From: an uncultured Eubacteriales bacterium | Lineage (GTDB): Bacteria; Bacillota; Clostridia; Oscillospirales; Acutalibacteraceae | Assembly: GCA_949292695.1 (NCBI GenBank) | Contig: CASFAP010000133.1 | Location: 1-14,098 of the forward strand | DNA length: 14,098 bases | Direction: 5' to 3' | Part shown: positions 7,225-14,097 of the stretch, piece after piece | Position numbering within the stretch: position 1 is the first letter of the stretch | Layout: the number at the start of each line of letters is the position of its first letter | Notes under the pieces: generated by a model | The model's database searches: none | Told to the model about the DNA's origin: nothing | What the model saw: the letters and a program-made list of their open reading frames with translations, nothing else | Made by a program: the position numbers and the translations under genes

Positions 7225-8612
7225 GGACTATTATTTTGATTACCGTTGCGGTTTTGCTGGTGTTTACCAGCATTGTGGTATTGCTGTCAAGGTATCGCAA
7301 GTGCCCTTCAGACAAGATCCTGGTCGTCTACGGTAAAATCGGCCGCAACAAAGACGGCACACCGCGGAGCGCAAAATGTATACACGGTGGTGCGGCATTT
7401 ATTATGCCGGTGTTGCAGTCGTATGAATACCTCGATCTGACGCCATTATCGATTCAGGTCGATTTAAAAAATGCACTTTCTAAGCAAAATATCCGAATCG
7501 ATGTGCCCTCGCGGTTTACAGTCGGCATTTCGGTCGAAAACGGTGTCATGCAAAATGCAGCGGAACGGCTATTAGGCCTTAAGTTGCCAGAAATCCAAGA
7601 GCTGGCAAAGGACATTATTTTTGGTCAGTTGCGCCTTGTCATTGCAACGATGGACATTGAAGAAATCAATACCGACCGCGATAAATTTTTGGCGGCGGTC
7701 TCCAACAATGTTGAAAGCGAACTGAAAAAAATCGGCTTGCGCCTCATCAACGTAAACGTTACCGACATCACCGACGAATCCGGCTACATCGCCGCACTCG
7801 GAAAAGAGGCGGCCGCAAAAGCGATCAATGACGCAAAGATCTCGGTCGCTGAAGCCGACCGGGCTGGTGACATCGGCGAGGCCAACGCAAAACGGGAACA
7901 GCGAATTCAGGTGTCGCTGGCTGATTCTGAGGCCATTAAAGGTGAAAACGAAGCCAAGGCGCAGGTCGCGGAATCCAATGCCACCCTGCAGGAAAAACAA
8001 GCTGAAGCGCTTCGCCGTTCGACGGCGGCAGAAAAAATTCAGGCCGCCAGGGCGCTTCAAGAGTCTTATGTCGCCGAGCAAGAGGCCGAAATTGCCCGTT
8101 CAACGCGCGAGAAGGCCACTTTGGAAGCCGACGTCATCGTAAAGGCCGAAATTGAAAAACGTCAAAAGGAGTTGGCCGCAGAGGCCGAGGCAGAGCAGAT
8201 TCGCCGTAAAGCGAAGGGTGAGGCCGACGCAATTTACGCCAAGATGGAGGCTGAAGCCCGCGGCATGCAAGAAATTCTCACCAAGCAGGCCGAAGGCTTT
8301 GAAAAAATCGTGGCGGCGGCCGGTGGAAATGCCGCTGACGCCATGCGGTTGATGATCGCGGATAAACTCGAAGAACTTGTCAAGGTCCAGGTCGAGGCTG
8401 TCAAGAACCTCAAGATCGATAAGGTCACGGTTTGGGACGGCATGAACGGCAAAGACGGAACCCCGGCAACGGCCAACTTTTTGTCCGGCATGCTCAAATC
8501 CATCCCGCCGATGAATGAGATGTTTGATATGGCAGGGCTTGATCTGCCCGAATTTTTGGCAAAAAAACAAACAATAGACGTTCCACAGGGCGCATCAACA
8601 GCCGCGCAGTGA
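7215..8612 (+). CDS. floT: Flotillin-like SPFH/band-7 protein (FloT/YuaG-like), 465 aa.
   Basis: It has an N-terminal TM anchor, an SPFH domain (ILVVYGKIGRN... IHGGAAFIMPVLQSYEYLDL ... GYIAALGKEAAAKA), and a long E/A/K/R-rich coiled-coil resembling B. subtilis FloT. RBS GGAGGA is at 7200-7205 and ATG at 7215 overlaps the nfeD stop, which suggests translational coupling. Stop TGA is at 8610-8612. Confidence 0.9.
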   Translation: MELGTIILITVAVLLVFTSIVVLLSRYRKCPSDKILVVYGKIGRNKDGTPRSAKCIHGGAAFIMPVLQSYEYLDLTPLSIQVDLKNALSKQNIRIDVPSRFTVGISVENGVMQNAAERLLGLKLPEIQELAKDIIFGQLRLVIATMDIEEINTDRDKFLAAVSNNVESELKKIGLRLINVNVTDITDESGYIAALGKEAAAKAINDAKISVAEADRAGDIGEANAKREQRIQVSLADSEAIKGENEAKAQVAESNATLQEKQAEALRRSTAAEKIQAARALQESYVAEQEAEIARSTREKATLEADVIVKAEIEKRQKELAAEAEAEQIRRKAKGEADAIYAKMEAEARGMQEILTKQAEGFEKIVAAAGGNAADAMRLMIADKLEELVKVQVEAVKNLKIDKVTVWDGMNGKDGTPATANFLSGMLKSIPPMNEMFDMAGLDLPEFLAKKQTIDVPQGASTAAQ

Positions 8613-8625
8613 TCGCGTATTGGCA

Positions 8626-8661
8626 ACACCGCCATCCCATTTATGGATGGCGGTGTTTTTT
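8626..8661 (+). terminator. Rho-independent terminator of the flotillin operon.
   Basis: A 12-bp perfect stem ACACCGCCATCC / GGATGGCGGTGT with 7-nt loop CATTTAT, followed by a T-run at 8656-8661. Confidence 0.8.
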
Positions 8662-8670
8662 AGTAAGAGG

Positions 8671-8793
8671 GCCTTTGGTGGCGGGCGGCCAGCCGCCAAA
8701 GGCGGCTGACGCCGCGGGAAAGGCAATATATGTACGCAAATCATAAAATTCCCCCGCGGCGCCCTCGACGCGCTTGCGCGTCGGGCCGCCCAC
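8671..8793. other. GC-rich cluster of three strong hairpins/palindromes in an otherwise AT-rich intergenic region. It may be a structured ncRNA or a REP-like intergenic repeat of unknown identity.
   Basis: Hairpin 1 at 8671-8703 is GCCTTTGGTGGC-gggcggcca-GCCGCCAAAGGC, 12 bp with one G·U. Next is GGCGGC-tgac-GCCGC at about 8701-8717. Hairpin 3 at 8751-8793 has outer stem GCGGC/GCCGC around the perfect palindrome CGACGCGC-tt-GCGCGTCG at 8767-8784. Local GC is far above the flanking sequence. A T7 run follows at 8831-8837. Confidence 0.3.
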
Positions 8794-8867
8794 CAAAATC
8801 CAGCTCAATTCTATCACTTCGAACCCATAATTTTTTTCAAAAACAGTAAAAACGGACGAGAGAGCAC

Positions 8868-8896
8868 TTGACTTTCGTAAAATTTTGTAATATAGT
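8868..8896 (+). promoter_or_regulatory. Putative promoter of the degV-family gene: -35 TTGACT, 17-nt spacer, -10 TATAGT.
   Basis: TTGACT at 8868-8873 and TATAGT at 8891-8896, about 45 nt upstream of the TTG start. Confidence 0.45.
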
Positions 8897-8940
8897 TATA
8901 TAAACTAGATTTAACACTTTAAGAGACGAGTTGATGTAGT

Positions 8941-9798
8941 TTGTCCAAAATTGCCATTTTAATCGATTCCTGCACCGATGTCCCGGCCAAAGCGATCCAA
9001 CAATATGGGATGTATGTTGTGCCCATTGTCATCAATTATCAAAACGCGTCTTATCGAGATGGCGTCGATATCACCCCGCAAGAGGTTTGCGACCGCCTAA
9101 CGGCGGAAGTTCCAAAAACTTCTTTACCGAGTGGCGCAGACGTCGCGGCTTGTTTTGAACAAATTTTGCAGGACGGGTATGATCAGGCGATTGCCGTCAC
9201 AATTTCAAGTGGACTGAGCGGGACTTATAATCTTTTGCGATTGATGGCGGAAAATTACCCCGCTCTGGATTGCCGCCTGATTGATACGAAAAATATCGGG
9301 ATCGGCGCCGGCTTCACTGCACTGTTGGCCGCGCAACTCGTTGAGAACGGCCTATCCCTTGATGAAATCGAAGCCCAACTGTTGCGAACAGTGAAGCGGA
9401 CAAAGGTCTTTTTCTGCCCGGCGACGCTCGAATATCTTCGCAGAGGCGGGCGTATCGGATTTGTTACGGCAACAGTCGGAGGCGCGCTTGGTATCAAGCC
9501 GATTATCTCATGCAATGAAAATGGCGTCTATTATACGGTGCAAAAGACGCGTGGCCGCGCAAAAGCGATCGCCGCAATGGTTGAGCACATTTTGGACATT
9601 GCGAACCGGCATACAAACTATAATTTGGCCGTCGTCAATGTCAGCGCCGAGGAAGAGGGCAAGGCCTTGCTCGAACTCTTAAAACAAAAGCTGAAAAGCG
9701 CAAAACAGATTTTCATCGGTACGATCAGCCCTGCTCTCATTGTTCATACAGGCCCTGGTATGTTGGGAGTTGGCATTCAGGTTTTGGACGAAGCATGA
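8941..9798 (+). CDS. DegV-family protein (fatty-acid-binding, FakB-like), 285 aa.
   Basis: The N-terminus (M)SKIAILIDSCTDVP and the overall pattern (GTYNL, EYLRRGGRIG, GIKPII) are characteristic of the DegV/DUF194 fold. It starts at TTG 8941. The nearby upstream ATG 8934 is followed by an in-frame stop, and the RBS is weak (AAGAGACGAG). Stop TGA is at 9796-9798. Confidence 0.85.
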   Translation: MSKIAILIDSCTDVPAKAIQQYGMYVVPIVINYQNASYRDGVDITPQEVCDRLTAEVPKTSLPSGADVAACFEQILQDGYDQAIAVTISSGLSGTYNLLRLMAENYPALDCRLIDTKNIGIGAGFTALLAAQLVENGLSLDEIEAQLLRTVKRTKVFFCPATLEYLRRGGRIGFVTATVGGALGIKPIISCNENGVYYTVQKTRGRAKAIAAMVEHILDIANRHTNYNLAVVNVSAEEEGKALLELLKQKLKSAKQIFIGTISPALIVHTGPGMLGVGIQVLDEA

Positions 9799-9820
9799 TT
9801 ATGAGGCAAATAGTAAGCGC

Positions 9821-9865
9821 AAAAAAGAGCTCTGCGAACGATTCGCAGAGCTCTTCTCTTTTGTT
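9821..9865. terminator. Bidirectional rho-independent terminator shared by degV (+) and the crp/nifX-like operon (-).
   Basis: Perfect 12-bp inverted repeat GAGCTCTGCGAA-cga-TTCGCAGAGCTC at 9827-9853. It is flanked by an A6 run upstream at 9821-9826 and TTCTCTTTTGTT downstream, so it works as stem plus U-tract on either strand. Confidence 0.8.
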
Positions 9866-10262
9866 ATGTGTGATGGCAACCGTGTGCGCCGCAACCATGT
9901 TCTCCACAGGAATGCGATGAACCATCGTCGTGATGCCCTGAACAGGCTCCGGGCTGTTGCCGCAGGGTCCCAGCCAGTAGAGCAAGTACCGCCGCATCCG
10001 CATCGCCTGCCGCTCCAGCATAGATTTGAATGCCCGCCGCGCTCAACATTTCTTTGGCACCGGTACCGATACCACCACAGATCAGAATGTCGACACTCTG
10101 ATTTTGTAATAATCCAACCAAGGCGCTATGCCCAGTTGCCTCTGTGTCGAGCACCTGCGCATCTTTTACCTGACCGCCTTCTATCACGTAAACTTTTAAC
10201 GAAGGCGTTCGACCGAAATGGGCAAAAACTTGCCCACTTTCATAAGTGACTGCAATTTTCAT
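9864..10262 (-). CDS. NifX/NifB-like 'dinitrogenase FeMo-cofactor' domain protein (MTH1175-like fold) with a C-terminal His/Cys-rich tail, 132 aa.
   Basis: MKIAVTYESGQVFAHFGRTPSLKVYVIEGGQV...GHSALVGLLQNQSVDILICGGIGTGAKEMLSAAGIQIY matches the NifX-NifB small-protein fold pattern. The tail HHDDGSSHSCGEHGCGAHGCHH is metal-binding-like. RBS GGGAGGA is 5 nt upstream of ATG 10262 on the minus strand. Stop TAA is at 9866..9864. Confidence 0.8.
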   Translation of the reverse strand: MKIAVTYESGQVFAHFGRTPSLKVYVIEGGQVKDAQVLDTEATGHSALVGLLQNQSVDILICGGIGTGAKEMLSAAGIQIYAGAAGDADAAVLALLAGTLRQQPGACSGHHDDGSSHSCGEHGCGAHGCHHT

Positions 10263-10302
10263 AAAAATCCTCCCATTTTGCCGGCATATACCGGACGAAG
10301 AT

Positions 10303-10968
10303 TTAAATTCTCCCCTGTGCTACTCTTTTGAGGCCATCGGGGTTGCAAACTGTGATCTTACCACGCGAGATTTTTATGAGCCCGTCGGCCGCAAAATGCT
10401 TTGCCATGCGGGAAACAACTTCTCGGGCGCTACCGACCGCATGCGCAATTTGTTCTTGTGTAATATTCAGCACTTGCGAACCGCTATGCTCGCATTCCTC
10501 CAATAAATAATGCGCCAACCGCCGGTCAAAACCAAAAAATAGAATTTGTTGCATGCAAAATAAAACGTCGCGAAAACGTTCAACGGTTTGCCGATATAAA
10601 TAGTTTTCAAAGCGCAGATTTTCCGCCTTAATTTTTGAAACAGCGGAGGCTGGCAACAGGATCGCGTCGCTAGGTCGTGTCGCCTCTACAAAAACATCGA
10701 AAGATATTTCGTGAAGGACACAGGAGGCCGAAAGAATGCAAACTTCTCCCGCACGAACATGAAACAGAGTCACCTGGCGCCCTTCCTCTGATAACAGATA
10801 AGCCGCCAGTTCCCCAGCTCGCACCAACAATATTCCAAGGCATTCTTTTCCGGCTCCAATGATTATTTCACCAGCATCATAATGCACCGGCCGCGCGGCT
10901 AAGTTTAGTTGCGCTTGTTCATTTGGAGTAAGTACCTTCCAAAAGGGAGCGAATTGTTCAAGTTGCAA
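10303..10968 (-). CDS. Crp/Fnr-family transcriptional regulator, about 221 aa. It has an N-terminal cNMP-binding-like beta-barrel and a C-terminal HTH, and no FNR-type N-terminal Cys cluster.
   Basis: HTH ITQEQIAHAVGSAREVVSRMAKHFAADGLI and an effector-domain glycine pattern (IIIGAGKECLGILLVRAGEL). The track start at 11103 is the far end of an open frame. I call TTG 10968..10966, preceded by RBS AAGAAGGGAGGAAAG at 7 nt, giving M-QLEQFAPFWKVLTPNEQAQL and the family-typical length. It is co-oriented with the NifX-like gene 40 nt downstream. Confidence 0.82.
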   Translation of the reverse strand: MQLEQFAPFWKVLTPNEQAQLNLAARPVHYDAGEIIIGAGKECLGILLVRAGELAAYLLSEEGRQVTLFHVRAGEVCILSASCVLHEISFDVFVEATRPSDAILLPASAVSKIKAENLRFENYLYRQTVERFRDVLFCMQQILFFGFDRRLAHYLLEECEHSGSQVLNITQEQIAHAVGSAREVVSRMAKHFAADGLIKISRGKITVCNPDGLKRVAQGRI

Positions 10969-11402
10969 TCGCTTTCCTCCCTTCTTTGTTAAAGGATACC
11001 ATATGCCTAATAAAAAATCAAATTCAAAGAAGAAATCTTTGCATGTCAATTCCAAAATCAATCCTGTTATGACTGTTTTTCGCTTTATCTTGCGCCTGAT
11101 CACGAGCCTCGATTTCGCCGGGGTTCGGTTTTTTGCCTGAAGGCACGCTTTGATGTGATATTGTACAGGCTTGCAACCGTTCCTTACACCGACTAAAGAT
11201 TTTCATATCAACATTTTTTCCCTTTAACCGCCAAGGCATCGGGCTCAATTTATTCCTGCCGCCTTCGACAGCGAACATAACAGATTGCGGGTGCGGCGCC
11301 CGGCGACAGTAACAAAACGCCCCTTGCCATCCGGTTCGGCGAGCGCGTTTTCCCGGAGTTGGCCTTTATGGCACTATTTTGTTTCCAAATAATAAAGTGC
11401 AA

Positions 11403-11438
11403 CTGATTCTTGACATCGAATCAGCCATCATGTAAATG
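11403..11438 (+). promoter_or_regulatory. TTGACA box flanked by a 7-bp inverted repeat (CTGATTC ttgacatc GAATCAG), with a candidate -10 TAAATG 17 nt downstream. It is a possible regulated distal promoter or operator.
   Basis: CTGATTC at 11403-11409, TTGACA at 11410-11415, GAATCAG at 11418-11424. TG lies at 11431-11432, just upstream of TAAATG at 11433-11438. Further GAATCA/TGATT copies occur at 11469-11474 and 11496-11501. Confidence 0.3.
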
Positions 11439-11671
11439 CCCGCCGCGTAAAATATGTTAAAAGTTGCTTGAATCAAATGCTACCGCCTAGCAAATTCTGA
11501 TTTTACAAGATATGTCAATAAACCAATGCCATGGCACTTGGTCGGAAAGATTTGCGACCGTACATCAAAAAGCCGCCATCCGTTTTTTGACGCAACATTT
11601 CAATAAAGGAAGGTGGCCGGAGAGATAAACTAAATTACATAAAATAGTTTTTATTATACATAAAATTATTC

Positions 11672-11700
11672 GTGCATTTGAAGCGCTTTTCCAGTATAAT
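11672..11700 (+). promoter_or_regulatory. Putative proximal promoter of the SGNH hydrolase gene. The -10 TATAAT at 11695-11700 is perfect, and the -35 (TGCATT or GTGCAT region) is weak.
   Basis: TATAAT lies 37 nt upstream of ATG 11737. RBS GAGAGGAGAAG is at 11722-11732. Confidence 0.35.
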
Positions 11701-11736
11701 AAAAGTAATCTTATATACTTTGAGAGGAGAAGTAGA

Positions 11737-14097
11737 ATGAAAAAAGGAAAGTCTGTTTTGGCGATCCTGTTGGCAACGATCTTGCTTTTGGGCAGTATGC
11801 CGATCACCTCGGTCTTTGCAGCCGGGGAAAATGATGCCTGTGTGATTGTGAACGATTTTTCCGATTCGTCAACTTTTCATGCGTTGAACATATATGCCAC
11901 TGCGGCGAAGGCCTATACGCACAATGGCAACGCTTACATAGGGACAGGCATTAGCGAATGGGCTGATATGCGGTTTGATCTGAACGCGTCAGAGGACCTT
12001 TACGACGTGGAGGCCTACGCGATTTTCCTGGATTTTTCCAATTTTTATGGCGAACAGGCCTTTCAGGTCCTGGTATCTGAAGACGCAACCAATGAAGAAA
12101 CAACGCTAAACAGCAACTGTATCGCAGGCGGATATGACCAGACTTATGGGCAGGCCAGCTGGGTCGGCCAGACGGTTTATCTAGTCCCTTCGGATGGTTC
12201 AGGTGTTCAGGAGCGAGTCGCGCAGAGTGGCAGTGGCGTTGATATTGAGGCCGGATTTAAGGGTTACCTTGTGCTTCCGGTCCGGTCGGATTTTAACAGC
12301 GAGGGCTATAATTTCAAGAACATCAAGCACTTGCAGATGATCCGCAACGGCTACTTCGGCTTTGCCACTTACGTTGACGGCACCAAAGAAACCGGCTGGG
12401 AAATGTATGTGGATAATATCTGCGCCGTTACAGATTTGCAAGGGTTTTTAGCGAGCGCTCCGCAGGTGGATCCCCATACCGTTCCGCATGGGGATCCCGA
12501 ACCCTATACCTCAACGATTCGGTACAACCAGACCGAGCCGCTCAAAGTATATGCGAGCTCCGTCGAAGACGGATACAAAAACATCACCTATAACATGCTT
12601 GGCGACAGCATCACCGAGGGCGTCAATGCAACTGGGGGCGTTTACGGCGACTTTATTGCAGAAAAAGCCCATATAACGCTCAACAACTATGGTAGCTCCG
12701 GTACGCAAATCGCCGGTATCTATACGCTTTCTTTCAGTAGCCGTTTCTCGTCAATGGCAAACGCTGATTTGATCACGGTTTTTGGCGGCACCAATGACTT
12801 TGGCGGCAACCGGCCGCTCGGCACCCGCGATGACATTCACAACAATACCTTCTATGGTGGCCTCCGTGTTTTGATGGAGGGACTCCTTCGCCAATATCCG
12901 GATGCGCACATCGTGTTTATGACGCCAATCAAACGGAATGACATCGATGAAGTCAACGCGCTCGGCATTCATATGGAGCAATATGTTGACGCCATCATCG
13001 AGATGGCGAATGAATACGGATTCCCGGTCATCGACCTTTACCGCGCGCCGGAGGCTGACTTTACCGGCAATTGGCAAACGCATATGGAGGATAAACTGCA
13101 TCCCAACTCCACTGCGCATGCCGAATTGGCGGATTACATTTATGCGAAATTGCAGGAGATGAACATCATCACCGTCGCGACCGAAGGGGATCCCTTTGTG
13201 GCCGAGGACGTCTTTACGGTTGTCAACGACGGAACCGATGCATCAACCGTTACGCCACTTGGAACATTGAATGCCACGACTGAAATTGGATTTGGCCATT
13301 CACCTGACGGCGCTTATTTTGAACATAATTTTACTGAGCAAAATCAATGGATTGGCCAAAAATATGCCTTTTCCAGCGAGCGCGAGACGCTGACTGGCGT
13401 CGAGGCCTACGCGTTTTGGATTGATTTTTCGGAATTCACCGTAAATGATTATTTCCTTTCTACTTCTCTGATCGATCAGGACGGTGCCGAAAGAAATGGC
13501 GACATCATTCACAACGGATGGGAAGGCGGAGAGGTTTCCTATCTTGTCTCGGCAAAGGATGGCTCTGTTACGGAGTTAACAGGAGTATGGCAGAATCCTA
13601 AGACAGGGCACCGTATACCGGCTGGATTTGTGGGCTATCTCGTTGTTCCGACTGAGGTTGGTAAAGATTTTGATCACAAAACCATAAAGCAACTTTTCCT
13701 GTATGTCTTTAATGATTATACAGTCGACCCCGCCGACGAAGGGAAGGCCTACTATATCGATGAAATCTCGATGGTTTTTGATTTAAACGCCTTTTTATCG
13801 GCCGGCGTTTCCAAATTCGGAACGATGACGCCCAACGGTGACGCGACTGTTCAGCCAACCGTTTCACAAGGCGCTGTTTCAAGCATTGAATTTACCGCCG
13901 TGCCGGGCGCAACCAGTTGTAGCATCAACACTTATGAAATCGATGATAGCGAACTCGCCTTCGTCTCGACCAATCGTGTGGACGCGGCGGAAGGCACCGT
14001 GCAACTGGATCTTGGCGCAGGCAACTATGCGTTCCAGGCGGCCTACACCAATGCGGAAGGCGAAATAATTGCCGTTTCGGATGTGGCAACGGTTTAT
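11737..14097 (+). CDS. Secreted multi-domain protein. It has a signal peptide, then uncharacterised domain A, then an SGNH/GDSL hydrolase domain, then a second copy of domain A, then further C-terminal domain(s). It is 3'-partial and runs off the window, with at least 787 aa.
   Basis: No in-frame stop from ATG 11737 to the window end, so the ORF track omits it. Signal peptide MKKGKSVLAILLATILLLGSMPITSVFA|AGEN. SGNH blocks: GDSITEG at 12601, GGTNDFGG at 12784-12807, and DKLHPN (DxxH) at 13090-13107. Two homologous segments of about 200 aa flank the catalytic domain, with VNDFSDSST...VEAYAIFLDFSNF...GFKGYLVLP...YVDNICAVTDLQGFL against VNDGTDAST...VEAYAFWIDFSEF...GFVGYLVVP...YIDEISMVFDLNAFL. The shared 12-mer GAGGCCTACGCG occurs at about 12010 and about 13401. 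Confidence 0.8.
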   Translation, partial: MKKGKSVLAILLATILLLGSMPITSVFAAGENDACVIVNDFSDSSTFHALNIYATAAKAYTHNGNAYIGTGISEWADMRFDLNASEDLYDVEAYAIFLDFSNFYGEQAFQVLVSEDATNEETTLNSNCIAGGYDQTYGQASWVGQTVYLVPSDGSGVQERVAQSGSGVDIEAGFKGYLVLPVRSDFNSEGYNFKNIKHLQMIRNGYFGFATYVDGTKETGWEMYVDNICAVTDLQGFLASAPQVDPHTVPHGDPEPYTSTIRYNQTEPLKVYASSVEDGYKNITYNMLGDSITEGVNATGGVYGDFIAEKAHITLNNYGSSGTQIAGIYTLSFSSRFSSMANADLITVFGGTNDFGGNRPLGTRDDIHNNTFYGGLRVLMEGLLRQYPDAHIVFMTPIKRNDIDEVNALGIHMEQYVDAIIEMANEYGFPVIDLYRAPEADFTGNWQTHMEDKLHPNSTAHAELADYIYAKLQEMNIITVATEGDPFVAEDVFTVVNDGTDASTVTPLGTLNATTEIGFGHSPDGAYFEHNFTEQNQWIGQKYAFSSERETLTGVEAYAFWIDFSEFTVNDYFLSTSLIDQDGAERNGDIIHNGWEGGEVSYLVSAKDGSVTELTGVWQNPKTGHRIPAGFVGYLVVPTEVGKDFDHKTIKQLFLYVFNDYTVDPADEGKAYYIDEISMVFDLNAFLSAGVSKFGTMTPNGDATVQPTVSQGAVSSIEFTAVPGATSCSINTYEIDDSELAFVSTNRVDAAEGTVQLDLGAGNYAFQAAYTNAEGEIIAVSDVATVY

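Noticed and set aside
8730-8849. 39-codon Arg/Pro-rich small ORF with RBS GGAAAGG inside the GC-rich hairpin cluster
   Set aside because: Its composition is dictated by the palindromes it spans, which makes an RNA or DNA structural role more parsimonious. It cannot be excluded without ribosome profiling.
9740-10249. 169-aa plus-strand ORF (His/Arg-rich) overlapping the NifX-like gene
   Set aside because: It is antisense to the convincing NifX-like CDS and begins inside the degV 3' end. Its composition reflects the complementary strand of the His/Cys-rich tail.
11024-11278. 84-aa minus-strand ORF upstream of crp
   Set aside because: It has no SD sequence, overlaps the presumed crp promoter and leader, and has no recognisable motif. 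It was kept only as a remote possibility of a small upstream peptide.
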